Positions 21,949-32,414 are shown, numbered from the stretch's first letter. The stretch is DNA of 64,000 nucleotides from an uncultured Chloroflexia bacterium (GCA_963728205.1 CAVSIV010000006.1:1152001-1216000); one strand, 5' to 3'. The notes: generated from the letters alone by a model not told the origin. Translations and numbers: made by a program.

Positions 21949-23451
21949 ATGCAGATCCAGGTCACGGGCGGCCACGTCGCCGACCAGGTCGCCGATACCT
22001 ATGTCGTGACGATCGCGGAGGGCGCGCGGCGGCTCACCGGCGAGGCGGCGGCGCTCGACGACGCGATGCGCGGCGCGATCACCGGACAGCTCACGGCCGG
22101 GCTGGCGAAGGGGCGCGACGGCGAGGTCACCGTGCTGCCGGCGCCGGCGCGCATGCGAGCGCAGCGCGTCGTCGTGGTCGGCACGGGACGCCGCAACCAG
22201 GAGGAGACGGCGCAGCGCCTGCGCAACCGTGTGGCCGCGGTCGCCCGCCGGCTGCGCTCGCTCGATGCCGGCCGCGTCGCGTTCGCCTGCGGCGACGTGT
22301 CGAGCGCGCTCGCGCCCGCCGACGCCGGCCGCGCGATCGCCGAGGGCTTCGTCCTCGGCCTCTACCGCTTCGATAAGCACCACACGCGCGCCGAGGACCG
22401 CGCGTCCGGATCGATCGGCGACGTCACGCTCGTGGAGCCGGTCGCGCGCAAGCTTGCCGCGGTGCGCACCGGCGCGGAACTCGGTTCCGTCGTGGCCGAG
22501 GCACAGAACCTCGCGCGCGACCTGGGCAACGAGCCGGCGAACCTCATGACGCCGACGCACATGGCCGCCGAGGCGCAGCGCGTCGCGTCGGAGGCCGGGC
22601 TCGAGTGCAAGATCATCGAGCGCGCCGAGGCCGAGCGGCTGAAGATGGGCTCCTACCTCTCGGTCGCCGCCGGGTCCGTGCAGCCGCCGAAGTTCATCGT
22701 GCTCACCTACCGCGGCAGCCGCGGCAACCGCTTCATCGGGCTCCTCGGCAAGGGCATCACCTTCGATACCGGCGGCACCTCGCTCAAGCCGGCGGCCGGC
22801 ATGGAGTCGATGAAGGGCGACATGACCGGCGCGGCGTCCGTGATCGGCGCGATGCAGGCCATCGCGCGCCTGCGCCCGAACGTGAACGTCATGGGCATCG
22901 CGCCGTGCACCGAGAACATGCCGGGCGGCTCGGCGACGAAGCCGGGAGACGTCGTCTACGCGATGGACGGCCAGTCGATCGAGGTGATCAACACCGACGC
23001 CGAGGGGCGCCTCGTGCTCGCCGACGCCCTCTGCTACGCACGGTCGCAGGGCTGCAACGTGCTCGTCGACGTCGCGACGCTGACCGGCGCCATGTCGGTC
23101 GCGCTCGGCGACGTGCGCTTCGGCGTCTTCGCCAACGACGACCGCGTGTGGGGCGAGATCGAGAAGGCGTCGAACGTCACGGGCGAGCGCGCCTGGCGCA
23201 TGCCGCTCGACCGCGACTACGCCGAGCAGATCAAGTCGGACGTCGCCGACGTGAAGAACACGGGCGGCCGCAACGCCGGTTCGATCACGGCCGCGAAGTT
23301 CCTCGAGCGCTTCGCCGGGAACACGCCGTGGGCGCACCTCGACATCGCGGGGGTGATGGCGTCGTCGAAGGACAGCGGCGTGCTCGTGAAGGGCAACAGC
23401 GGCATCCCGGTGCGCACGCTCGTGCAGTTCGTGCTCGGCCGCGCGCGTTAG
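21949..23451 (+). CDS. pepA: Leucyl aminopeptidase (M17)
   Basis: GKGITFDTGG, MKGDM, NTDAEGRL, WAHLDIAG; GAGGAG RBS. Confidence 0.96.
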   Translation: MQIQVTGGHVADQVADTYVVTIAEGARRLTGEAAALDDAMRGAITGQLTAGLAKGRDGEVTVLPAPARMRAQRVVVVGTGRRNQEETAQRLRNRVAAVARRLRSLDAGRVAFACGDVSSALAPADAGRAIAEGFVLGLYRFDKHHTRAEDRASGSIGDVTLVEPVARKLAAVRTGAELGSVVAEAQNLARDLGNEPANLMTPTHMAAEAQRVASEAGLECKIIERAEAERLKMGSYLSVAAGSVQPPKFIVLTYRGSRGNRFIGLLGKGITFDTGGTSLKPAAGMESMKGDMTGAASVIGAMQAIARLRPNVNVMGIAPCTENMPGGSATKPGDVVYAMDGQSIEVINTDAEGRLVLADALCYARSQGCNVLVDVATLTGAMSVALGDVRFGVFANDDRVWGEIEKASNVTGERAWRMPLDRDYAEQIKSDVADVKNTGGRNAGSITAAKFLERFAGNTPWAHLDIAGVMASSKDSGVLVKGNSGIPVRTLVQFVLGRAR

Positions 23452-23513
23452 CTGCGAGCGGACACGCGGCCGCTGCGCCAGCGCCGGCCGGCCCGAGACG
23501 ATATCCTGACGGG

Positions 23514-23903
23514 GTGAGCGACGACGCCCCCGACATCACGGGCCTCGCCGGCGTGCTCGTCTGGACCGAGGCCGCGCGCTTTCCCGCCATGCGACGCTTC
23601 TACGTCGAGACACTCGGGCTGCGCCCGCGCTCGGATCGCGACGGGTTCGTGAACTTCGCGTGGGATGACCAGCGGCTCACGGTCGCCGTGCACGCCGGCG
23701 TCGCCGGCGCGGCCCGCGACCCCCTGCGGCTCATGCTGAACCTGCGGGTCGTCGACATCGACGCCGCATACCGCCGGCTCGCCGCCGCCGGCGTCGCATT
23801 CACGCGGCCACCGGAGATGGAGCCCTGGGGCGGCCGCGTGGCGACGTTCGGCGACCCGGACGGGAACACGCTGCAGCTGATGCAGCTGCCGGCAAGCGGC
23901 TAG
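23514..23903 (+). CDS. VOC/glyoxalase family protein
   Basis: FYVETLGL, EPWGGRVATFGDPDGNTLQL. Confidence 0.85.
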   Translation: MSDDAPDITGLAGVLVWTEAARFPAMRRFYVETLGLRPRSDRDGFVNFAWDDQRLTVAVHAGVAGAARDPLRLMLNLRVVDIDAAYRRLAAAGVAFTRPPEMEPWGGRVATFGDPDGNTLQLMQLPASG

Positions 23904-23913
23904 GGGGGCGCGC

Positions 23914-24495
23914 GTGCGCATCGGTCTCGATTTCGACGGCACGATCGCGGCGTGGGGCGGCGCGATGGAGCGGTGGATGGCGCTGAACGGCGACGCGCCG
24001 TTCGACCCCGATCGCAACATCACCGAGCAGCTCTCGCGCGACGAGCTGCGCGCGATGGTCCACGAGATCCTGGCGACCTCGCTCACGCTGGAGATGCGGC
24101 CGTCCGATGACGCGATCGAGGTGATGCGCCGCCTCGCCGCGGACCACGAGCTGTACGTCGTCACGGCGCGCGACGACGCCGAGGCCGCCTGGGCCTCGCG
24201 CTGGATCGCGCGCTACGGCGCGCCGGTGACGGACCTGGTGTTCACCTCGCGCGAGTCCAAGGCACAGTCGTGCGGCCGCCTGCGGCTCGATGTGCTGCTC
24301 GACGACACGCCCGAGGTGCTGACCGAGCTCATCGCGGCACCGGAGCTGGCGACCGTGCCGGTGCTGTTCGAAAGCCGCTTTCGCAGCGGCGACCCGCGTC
24401 CGCCGGCGCTGCGCACTGTCGACCACTGGCACGCGTTCGAACGCGTGTGCGGGGAGCTCGCCGGGGCGACGCGCGCCGCCGGGGAGCGGCGCTGA
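23914..24495 (+). CDS. HAD-superfamily NT5C-like nucleotidase, copy 1
   Basis: MRIGLDFDGT, VVTAR, K, LLDD HAD motifs I-IV. Confidence 0.8.
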   Translation: MRIGLDFDGTIAAWGGAMERWMALNGDAPFDPDRNITEQLSRDELRAMVHEILATSLTLEMRPSDDAIEVMRRLAADHELYVVTARDDAEAAWASRWIARYGAPVTDLVFTSRESKAQSCGRLRLDVLLDDTPEVLTELIAAPELATVPVLFESRFRSGDPRPPALRTVDHWHAFERVCGELAGATRAAGERR

Positions 24496-25088
24496 TGCGC
24501 ATCGGGCTCGACTTCGATGGCACCATCGCCGACGCGTCGGGCGGAAAGATGCGCTATGCCGCCGAGCGGTGGGGCGTGACGCTGACGCGTGCGCAGACGA
24601 TGCGCCCTGGCGCGATCCCGCTCCTCGGCCGTGAGCGGTACGAGCAGATGATCGGCGATCTCTTCGGGAGCGCGCTCACGGAGGAGATGGAACCGATGCC
24701 CGGCGCGCTCGACGCGCTGCGGCGGCTCGGTGCCGAGCACGACCTCTACGTCGTCACCGCGCGCCTCGACCACGAGGTGGCGTTTGCGACGCAGTGGCTG
24801 GAGACGCACGGCGTCGGCATCCGCGAGTTGCGCAACAGCGCGCGCGGGCGCAAGGCGGCGCCGTGCGCGGCGCTGCAGCTCGCCGTGATGCTCGAGGACT
24901 CGCCGGCCGAGCTCGCCGCGCTGCCGGTCGCCGCGCCCGCGGCGGTGCTGCTCGCGACGCCCTACAACGCCGAGGACGCGCGCGCCGACCACTGGCACGA
25001 GGTGCCGGACTGGGCGGCCTTCGAGACGCTGTGCCGGCGCCTCGCGTCGGACGGCGGGCGTCCCGCGCTCAGCGCGGCTCCAGGTTGA
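24495..25088 (+). CDS. HAD-superfamily NT5C-like nucleotidase, copy 2
   Basis: MRIGLDFDGT, PMPGA, VVTAR, MLEDS, PYN; TGATG overlap with copy 1. Confidence 0.8.
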   Translation: MRIGLDFDGTIADASGGKMRYAAERWGVTLTRAQTMRPGAIPLLGRERYEQMIGDLFGSALTEEMEPMPGALDALRRLGAEHDLYVVTARLDHEVAFATQWLETHGVGIRELRNSARGRKAAPCAALQLAVMLEDSPAELAALPVAAPAAVLLATPYNAEDARADHWHEVPDWAAFETLCRRLASDGGRPALSAAPG

Positions 25089-25329
25089 ACTGCCCGCCGC
25101 CGTCGACCGCGCCTACCTCGTAGTTCGCAATCTCGACGGCCGAGCCCAGCTCGGCGGGCTCGACCTCGGCGACGATCGACTCCACCGCCGCGCGCACGGC
25201 GATCTCGTCCTCCAGGTCAACGTCTGAGGGCAGCTCCATGCTGTACTCGCCGCGCAGGAACAGCCGCACGATCGGGCGCCGGCCGCGCAGGCGCTCGCCG
25301 CGCAGGTCACGGTCCATCGGGTTCGTCAT
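25069..25329 (-). CDS. Small hypothetical protein (86 aa)
   Basis: AAGGGGAG RBS before ATG, GC3-rich codons, basic N-half and acidic C-half. Confidence 0.55.
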   Translation of the reverse strand: MTNPMDRDLRGERLRGRRPIVRLFLRGEYSMELPSDVDLEDEIAVRAAVESIVAEVEPAELGSAVEIANYEVGAVDGGGQFNLEPR

Positions 25330-25445
25330 CGCTCGTCTCCCCTTCGTCTCGCGTCGTCGGATGACCCGGCGTCGGTCGAACGGGCAGACCACCACGATCC
25401 ACGTTACGGGCGCGAACAACGCCGGTCTCGGGTGAAGAGCGGCGC

Positions 25446-26693
25446 CTAGCGGGCGTCGCGGAGCAGCGCGGCGACGCGATCGAGCACGCGCATGCCGACG
25501 TCGTACTTCGACATCAGGGGCAAGTCCTCGCGGCCGCCGTGGTCGTCGAGGATCGAGACGCGGTTGTTGTCGACGGCGAAGCCCGCGTCGGTCGCGCTCA
25601 CGTCGTTCGCCACCATCAGCTGCGCGCGCTTCTTCTGGAGCTTGCGCTCCGCGTTCGCGAGCAGCTCCTCGGTCTCGGCCGCGAACGCGACTTTCACCAT
25701 CCCGGGCTCGTCGATGGACGCGATGATGTCGACGTTCTCAACGAGTTCGATCGTGAGCTCGTGAGCCTTCTCGCGCTTGATCTTCTGCTCGGCCGGACGC
25801 GCCGGGCGGTAGTCGGCGACGGCGGCCGCCATGATCAGCGCGTCGGTGCCGCGGCAGGCCTGCTCGAGCGCGGCGTACATGTCGGCATGCGACGAGACGG
25901 GCACCACGCGGATTGCGGCCGGTGCGGGCAGCGCGGCCGACGAGATCAGCGTGACGTCGGCGCCGCGGTCGCGCGCCGCGCGGGCGATCGCGTAACCCTG
26001 CTTGCCGCTGGAGTGGTTGCCGACGAAGCGCACCGGGTCCAGGGGCTCGCGAGTGCCGCCCGCGGTGACGACGAGGCGGCGACCTGCGAGGTCGCCGTGC
26101 TCTCGGCCGAGTCGTGCCTGCAGCACCTCGACAATCTCCGCCGGCTCGACCAGCCGCCCGGCGCCTGTGCGCCCCGAGGCCAGCCGGCCGGCGGCCGGCC
26201 CGATGAACTGAACGGCGCGCTCGACGAGCAGCGCGCGGTTCGCCTGCGTCGCGGGGTGCTCCCACATCTGGGCGTCCATCGCCGGCGCCACGAGCAGCGG
26301 CGCAGTCGTCGCGAGCGCGGTCAGCGCGACGAAGTCGTCGGCGAGACCGTGCGCGAGTCGCGCGAGTGTGGAGGCGGTAGCGGGCGCGATCAGCATCGCG
26401 TCGGCGCGGCGCGCCAGCTCGACGTGCGCTTCGCCGTCGGCGCCGTGCGGCGTGAACATGTCGACGTACGGCTGGCGCGCCGTCAGCGAGCGGAACGCGA
26501 GTGGCGTCACGAACTCCGTCGCGGCGCGCGTCAGCGCGACGTCGACGACCGCGCCGGCCTGCACGAGCCGGCTCGCGATTTCGAGCGCCTTGTAGCAGGC
26601 GATCGAGCCGGTGACGCCGAGCACGACGTGGCGACCGGTCAGGGGGAGCGTTTCCCCGGGCGGCGTGCGGTCGAGAGGCGGCTGCGCGGTCAC
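25446..26693 (-). CDS. coaBC: Bifunctional phosphopantothenoylcysteine decarboxylase/ligase
   Basis: GVTGSIACYKA, APAMD, TAGGTREPLDPVRF..NHSSGKQG, AAAVADY, FAAET. Confidence 0.96.
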   Translation of the reverse strand: MTAQPPLDRTPPGETLPLTGRHVVLGVTGSIACYKALEIASRLVQAGAVVDVALTRAATEFVTPLAFRSLTARQPYVDMFTPHGADGEAHVELARRADAMLIAPATASTLARLAHGLADDFVALTALATTAPLLVAPAMDAQMWEHPATQANRALLVERAVQFIGPAAGRLASGRTGAGRLVEPAEIVEVLQARLGREHGDLAGRRLVVTAGGTREPLDPVRFVGNHSSGKQGYAIARAARDRGADVTLISSAALPAPAAIRVVPVSSHADMYAALEQACRGTDALIMAAAVADYRPARPAEQKIKREKAHELTIELVENVDIIASIDEPGMVKVAFAAETEELLANAERKLQKKRAQLMVANDVSATDAGFAVDNNRVSILDDHGGREDLPLMSKYDVGMRVLDRVAALLRDAR

Positions 26694-27469
26694 TGGTTCG
26701 CCTCGTACACGATGCGCAGGCCCTCCAGGTTGAGGTTGTCCTCGATCGCATCGAAGCAGGCGGCCTCGTCCGCGATGACGCGCGCGTAGCCGCCGGTGGC
26801 GACCACCGTCGCGCCGTCGCCGACTTCCTCCTTGAAGCGTCGCACCATGCCTCTCACCATCTCGGACCACCCGAAGACGATCCCGGCCTGCAGCGCGTGC
26901 GCGGTGTTGCGCCCGATCGCCTTGGGCGGTCGCTCGAGGCTGACGCGGTAGAGCATGGCGGCGCGCGCGAACAGCGCCTGCGAGGCGATGGCGATCCCCG
27001 GCGCGATCGCGCCGCCGATGTAGTCGCCGTCGCGCGAGACGGCATCGAACACGGTCGCGGTCCCGACGTCGACGATCACGAGCGGCGGCGGATAGTGCTG
27101 CAGGGCCGCGACGGCGTGGAGAATGCGGTCGGGACCGACCTCGCGCGGGTTGTCGTAGAGCACGCGGATGCCGGTCTTCACGCCGGGACCGACGATCAGC
27201 GCTTCGACGTTGAAGTAGTCGCGGCAGACCTGGCGGAACGTGTTGAGCAGCGGCGGGACGGTCGACGACATCACCGCCGCGCACACGCGCTCGGGCTCGA
27301 TCGAGCGGCTGCGCAGCAGGCCGAGCACGAGCATCGCGTACTCATCCGGGAGGTTCTCCTGGTCGGTGGCGATGCGGAAGGTGGCGGCGAGCCGCTCGCC
27401 CTCATAGAGGCCGATGGCGACGCTGGTGTTACCGATGTCGATTGCGAGCAGGAGTCCGGTGGGAGTCAC
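26690..27469 (-). CDS. coaX: Type III pantothenate kinase
   Basis: LAIDIGNT, EVGPDR, VDVGTATVFD, GGAIAPG, ATGG. Confidence 0.95.
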   Translation of the reverse strand: MTPTGLLLAIDIGNTSVAIGLYEGERLAATFRIATDQENLPDEYAMLVLGLLRSRSIEPERVCAAVMSSTVPPLLNTFRQVCRDYFNVEALIVGPGVKTGIRVLYDNPREVGPDRILHAVAALQHYPPPLVIVDVGTATVFDAVSRDGDYIGGAIAPGIAIASQALFARAAMLYRVSLERPPKAIGRNTAHALQAGIVFGWSEMVRGMVRRFKEEVGDGATVVATGGYARVIADEAACFDAIEDNLNLEGLRIVYEANQ

Positions 27470-27851
27470 GCCGTTGCCCCCGGGGGTGTGTGCCAGATGG
27501 TCGGACGGGGGCCGGGCCCCTCTCCGCTTCGCCGCAAACCCGCCGACGGGCCGCCGCGCGGCGGCCGCAGTATACCGTCGCGCCCGTGCGACCGTCGGAT
27601 CGCGAATAGGGACCGCGCACCCGCTCGATGCGGCTTTGGCGGGACACGCGCCGCGGAGCGCGCCCATCGCGCCGCGACAGACGTTTTTCCCGGACACTCC
27701 ACATAAGTGCCTTGATCGGGCTGATCGGCCGGTGCTACAGTCCGCCCCGTTCGCTTTCCCCCGTTACATGCGGCACGCGGGAGAACGATCAGGCCGGGCT
27801 TTCGGCGCGCAATCGCTAGAGGAACCAAGCTCCACCGGTTCATTTGCAGGG

Positions 27852-27882
27852 TTATCCACAGGTGTCGAACATCTGGGGATAA
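27852..27882. promoter_or_regulatory. Two DnaA boxes upstream of dnaA
   Basis: Perfect TTATCCACA at 27852-27860 and inverted TGGGGATAA (= TTATCCCCA) at 27874-27882. Confidence 0.8.
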
Positions 27883-27916
27883 GTCGCGTGCTGCTCGGCG
27901 CGGGCGGGGGTGAGTC

Positions 27917-29305
27917 TTGTCAGATCCAGCCGATCCCGGCGTGGCGGAGTCGCTGCAGAGCGACGCTTACGCGCTGTGGACGTCCGCGCTGCGAGACCTC
28001 GCGCACCAGGTCACCCGCACGAACTACGACACGTGGCTCGAGGGTACCGAGGGCATGCGCATCGACGCCGACACGCTGGTTGTCGGCACCCGCTCCGAGT
28101 TCGTCACCGAGTGGCTGCAGAAGCGGCTGCGCCCCGCGATCCTGCGTTCGTTGACCGAGCTGTCCGGGCGCCAGATCGATGTGCGATTCGAGCCGCTGCG
28201 CGCGGACGATGACCGGTCGCCCGCGCTGCGCACCCCGGCCGACGACGCCGGCGGCTCGCGCGGCGGCGCACCGCGGCCGCGACTGCGCGAGCGGTACACG
28301 TTCGAGAGCTTCGTCGTCGGGCCGAGCAACCGGCTGGCGTTCGCCGCGGCAGAGGGCGTCGCCAACGCGCCCGGCCGCCTCTACAATCCGCTCTTCCTCT
28401 ACGGCGCCGCCGGCCTGGGCAAGACGCACCTGCTGCAGGCGATCGGGCACCGGCTGCTCGAGGAGAGCCTGCACGTCGTCTACATCAGCGCCGAGGCCTT
28501 CACGAACCAGCTGATCACGGCGATCCAGCAACGGACGATGCAGGAGTTCCGCGGGCGCTACCGCCAGACGGACGCGCTGCTGATCGACGACATCCAGTTC
28601 ATCGCCGGCAAGGAGCAGACGCAGGAGGAGTTCTTCTACACCTTCAACGAGCTGCACGAGGCCGGGCACCAGATCATCATCACGTCCGACAAGAGCCCGC
28701 CGCACATCCAGCACCTCGAGGAGCGCCTGCGCACCCGCTTCGAGTGGGGCATGATCGCCGACCTCCAGGCGCCGGACATGGAGACGCGCGTCGCCATCCT
28801 GCGCCGCAAGGCCGCGGAGCAGCGCACGTCCGTGCCCGACGAAGTGCTGCAGGTGATCGCCGCGCGCTACAAGAACAACATCCGCGAACTCGAGGGCTCG
28901 CTGACGCGCGTGCTCGCCTACTCGCGGCTGACCAGCGAGCCGCTCTCCGTGAACCTCGTGCGCTCCGCCCTGGCATCGCTCGAGCCGACCGAGCCCCGAC
29001 TCCCGCCGTCGCCCGACCTGATCATGGAGATGGTCTGCCGCTACTTCGAACTCGACACGCCCGCGCTGCTGTCCAAGAGCCGCGAGAAGCGTGTCGCCTA
29101 CCCGCGCCAGATCGCCATGTACCTGATGCGCGAACTGGGCAATCGTTCGCTCGTCGAGATCGGCGACGCACTCGGCGGCCGCGATCACTCCACCGTGCAC
29201 CACGGCTGGCGCAAGATGGAGCGCGCCCTCTCGGTCGACCCGGAGACGAAACGGGACATCGCCAGCCTGCGCGACATGATTGAGCAGTCCCGCCGCATCG
29301 CCTGA
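27917..29305 (+). CDS. dnaA: Chromosomal replication initiator
   Basis: YNPLFLYGAAGLGKTHL, LLIDDIQF, QEEFF, NIRELEG, GGRDHSTV; start may be GTG 27941. Confidence 0.98.
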   Translation: MSDPADPGVAESLQSDAYALWTSALRDLAHQVTRTNYDTWLEGTEGMRIDADTLVVGTRSEFVTEWLQKRLRPAILRSLTELSGRQIDVRFEPLRADDDRSPALRTPADDAGGSRGGAPRPRLRERYTFESFVVGPSNRLAFAAAEGVANAPGRLYNPLFLYGAAGLGKTHLLQAIGHRLLEESLHVVYISAEAFTNQLITAIQQRTMQEFRGRYRQTDALLIDDIQFIAGKEQTQEEFFYTFNELHEAGHQIIITSDKSPPHIQHLEERLRTRFEWGMIADLQAPDMETRVAILRRKAAEQRTSVPDEVLQVIAARYKNNIRELEGSLTRVLAYSRLTSEPLSVNLVRSALASLEPTEPRLPPSPDLIMEMVCRYFELDTPALLSKSREKRVAYPRQIAMYLMRELGNRSLVEIGDALGGRDHSTVHHGWRKMERALSVDPETKRDIASLRDMIEQSRRIA

Positions 29306-29688
29306 GCGCGTCCGCACCCTCTCCAGTCCGGCTTATCCACCGAACGCCGCCCTTCGGCGCCTTGGCGCATTGGCCTATTCATGTGTTCACTTCTCGTACC
29401 GGTTTCGTTGAGAACCCCGGCCAATCCGTTGGATAGAACGATCGGGTTGTTCGTCATTACAAGCGGCATCGGCGTTCGGGCGGGCGCCATGGCCAATTCA
29501 TCCCCGCAATCCGGCTACTTGCCCACAGCCGTCCGCAGTGCCGCCCCAGCCGCTCCACGTCCCCCGCGCTCTGGGCTCAGATACGGCGTCCACACCGTCC
29601 ACAGCCCCTACTACTACTACGAGTCCCCTTCCTCTCCACATCCCTTCTGCCCTGTGCTCGATGCCCCAACGACCGTTCCCTGTGCACA
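29306..29688. other. Replication origin oriC with basal unwinding module
   Basis: Intergenic region after dnaA. TTATCCACC at 29333, TTGCCCACA at 29519, tandem GCGTCCACA/CCGTCCACA at 29586-29603, GCCCC, then TACTACTACTAC DnaA-trios at 29609-29620. Confidence 0.85.
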
Positions 29689-29697
29689 ATGGCCAGC

Positions 29698-30987
29698 ATG
29701 ATCGACCACGTTGAGCTCGAGGTGACCGGTGGACGCGGTGGGGACGGCTCGGCGTCGTTTCGACGCGAGAAGTTCGTGCCGCGCGGCGGACCGGACGGCG
29801 GCGACGGCGGGCGCGGCGGCGATGTCGTGCTGGTGGCGGAGCGCCGCGTGAGCACGCTCGCGGCCTTTCACTCGCGGCAGCGGTTGCGCGCGGAGGACGG
29901 GGAGCCCGGGGGGGCGAACCAGCGGCGAGGCGGCTCGGCGTCGCCGCTGCGCGTCCCCGTTCCGGTCGGCACGGTCGTCTGGGAGACGGCGACGGGGCCG
30001 GCTGGGGATCAGGCCCCCGCCGCGCCGCTCGCCGACCTCTCGGCCGAAGGGATGTCCGTTGTCGTCGCGCGCGGCGGCCGCGGCGGGTTCGGGAACAAGC
30101 GCTTCACCACGCCGACGCGGCAGGCGCCGCGCTTCGCGCAGCACGGAGCCGCCGGCCAGCACCGCACGATTCGGCTCGAATTGAAGCTGCTCGCCGACGT
30201 CGGCCTGGTCGGCCTGCCCAACGCCGGCAAATCGACGCTGCTGCGCGCCTGGAGCCGCGCGATGCCGAAGATTGGGGCGTACCCCTTCACGACGCTCGAC
30301 CCCGAGCTGGGCGTCGTCGAGGTCGGCTACGACTCGTTCGTCGCCGCCGACATGCCGGGGCTGATCGAGGGCGCGAGCGCCGGGGTGGGCCTCGGCCACG
30401 AGTTTCTGCGGCACATCGAGCGCACCCGCGTGCTCGTGCACGTGGTGGACATGACGTCGGAGGACCCGGTCGGCGAGATCGCGATGATCGACGCCGAGCT
30501 CGCGGCATTCGGGCACGGGCTCGCTGAGAAGCCGCAGCTGCTCGCGCTGAACAAGATCGACGACGAGGACGCGCGGGCGCGCGTGGAGCTGCTGACGCCT
30601 CGCCTGGCGGCGCTGGGACGGCCCTGGCTCGCGATCTCCGCGGCGACCCGCGAGGGCACGGCGGACCTGGCGCGGCGCGCGCTGGCGCTGGTCCGCGAGA
30701 TCGACGCCGGGATCGAGCGCGCGCAGGCCGAGGAGCTGCCCGTGCTGCACCCCGAGCCGCGGCGCAGCCGCTTCGAGGTCGCGCTCGGTGAGGACGACGT
30801 CCCGGTGATCACGGGTGCGACGCCGGAGTGGCTCGCGTCCACGCTGCCGCTCGAGAACCGCGAGGCGCGCCTCGAGCTCTTCGGCCGGTTGCGCCGGCTG
30901 GGCGTGGCGCGTGCGCTCGACCGCCTCGGCGTGGAGGTTGGCGACGAGGTGCGCATCGGCGACGTCACGGTGCGCTGGGAGCTGTGA
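29698..30987 (+). CDS. obgE: GTPase Obg/CgtA with C-terminal domain
   Basis: FRREKFVPRGGPDGGDGG, GLPNAGKST, YPFTT, DMPG, NKID. Confidence 0.97.
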   Translation: MIDHVELEVTGGRGGDGSASFRREKFVPRGGPDGGDGGRGGDVVLVAERRVSTLAAFHSRQRLRAEDGEPGGANQRRGGSASPLRVPVPVGTVVWETATGPAGDQAPAAPLADLSAEGMSVVVARGGRGGFGNKRFTTPTRQAPRFAQHGAAGQHRTIRLELKLLADVGLVGLPNAGKSTLLRAWSRAMPKIGAYPFTTLDPELGVVEVGYDSFVAADMPGLIEGASAGVGLGHEFLRHIERTRVLVHVVDMTSEDPVGEIAMIDAELAAFGHGLAEKPQLLALNKIDDEDARARVELLTPRLAALGRPWLAISAATREGTADLARRALALVREIDAGIERAQAEELPVLHPEPRRSRFEVALGEDDVPVITGATPEWLASTLPLENREARLELFGRLRRLGVARALDRLGVEVGDEVRIGDVTVRWEL

Positions 30988-30988
30988 G

Positions 30989-31616
30989 GTGAGCGCCGAG
31001 CAGCCGGCGCATCGCACCGGGGTGCTCGGCGGCACGTTCGAATCCGCCGCACCTCGCTCACCTCGCGTTCGCGGCCGCGGCGAAGCACCGCCTCCACCTC
31101 GACCGCGTCGTGTTCTTGCCCGCGGGCGATCCGTGGCTCAAGCGCGACCGGGCGAACCTCACCCCCGCCGAGACCCGCCTGCGGCTCGTGCGCGCGGCGG
31201 TGTCCGACCTCGCGTGGGCGGAGGTCGATGACCGCGAGTTGCGGCGCGCGGGGCCCTCGTACACGTCGGTCACGGTCGAGGAGCTGACCGGCGACGACGG
31301 CGCGTGGTGGTTTCTGATCGGCCAGGACGCGCTCGACAGCATGCCACGCTGGCACGAGCCGGCACGCATCGTGCGCCACGCGCGACTCGCGGTTGCGCGG
31401 CGGCCGGACGCCGGCGATGTGCTCGTAGAGGATGCGGTGCGCGCCGCCGTGCCCGGCATCGACGCGGCGATCGACGTGGTGCCGATGCCGCCGCTCATGC
31501 TCTCGTCGACGGAGGTGCGCCGGCGCGTGCGCGACGGCCGCTCGCTGGACGTGCTCGTGCCCGAGGGGGTGCGTGTGCTGATCGCGGAACGGCGCCTGTA
31601 CCGCGACGCGGTCTAG
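30989..31616 (+). CDS. nadD: Nicotinate-nucleotide adenylyltransferase with one frameshift at ~31041 (probable sequence error)
   Basis: GVLGGTF|DPPHLAH is restored by removing one A from TTCGAATCCG; then PSYT, IGQD, LSSTEVR. Confidence 0.85.
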
Positions 31617-31619
31617 CCG

Positions 31620-32366
31620 CTAGCCGAGCGGGCCGGTCCAACCCTCGGGCGGCCGCCCGACGAGGATCGATGCCCGCGGGATCGGCGGCGCCAGGAACGG
31701 TCGCAGGTTCGCCTCGCGGTTGAATGTGAAGCCCGCGGCGGCCGCGCGGTGGCGCAGCGTCGATGCCGCGCGCAGGTGAGGGGCCGCGCTCGTGATCGCA
31801 ACGATGCGCGCGTTCCAGGCGTCGAGCCGCGGGTTCCCGCTCGGACCGAAGTCCCAGATCACGGCGAGGCCGCCCGGCGCGAGCACGCGGTGGATCTCCA
31901 CGAGCAGCGCGTCGACCTCGTCGTTTTCGAGGTGGCGCACGACGTAGCCGCACGTGACGAGCGTGAACGCCCCGTCGCGGAACGGGAGCGCGACGGGACC
32001 CGCCTGCGCGAGGCGCGTGCGCCCGCCACCGCGTCGCTCGTCGCGCCGGGCGAGCCGCAGCAGCGACGGCGAAACGTCGATCCCGACCGGCGGCGTGTCG
32101 AGGCTCACCTGCCCATCGAGCGTGCGCGCCAGCGCGCCGCGCGCACAGCCGATATCGAGCAGGCGCTCATGCGGCTTCAGCTTGAGGTTGATGGGCAGGC
32201 GCAGCGCGGGGCCATTCGTGAGGAGCTGGCCCTGCTCGCCGAACGCGAGGCGGTGCGCGATGGCACGCGGGTCGGCGCTCGTCAGCCATCGCTCGTGCGC
32301 GAGCAGGCGCCGGGCCTGCGCGTGGGCGTACGTGGTGCCGGGTGACGACGCGGACCGTGGTGGCAT
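31620..32366 (-). CDS. Class I SAM-dependent methyltransferase
   Basis: LLDIGCARG, GIDVS, LPFRDGAF, EIHRVLAPGG. Confidence 0.82.
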   Translation of the reverse strand: MPPRSASSPGTTYAHAQARRLLAHERWLTSADPRAIAHRLAFGEQGQLLTNGPALRLPINLKLKPHERLLDIGCARGALARTLDGQVSLDTPPVGIDVSPSLLRLARRDERRGGGRTRLAQAGPVALPFRDGAFTLVTCGYVVRHLENDEVDALLVEIHRVLAPGGLAVIWDFGPSGNPRLDAWNARIVAITSAAPHLRAASTLRHRAAAAGFTFNREANLRPFLAPPIPRASILVGRPPEGWTGPLG

Positions 32367-32414
32367 CGCTGCGATGGTCGCATCGCGGCGGCGGTGGCTC
32401 AACGGCAGCCCGGC

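Noticed and set aside
31036-31050. GTTCGAATCC, a tRNA T-loop-like string
   Set aside because: It lies inside nadD and is created by the suspected extra A; no cloverleaf around it.
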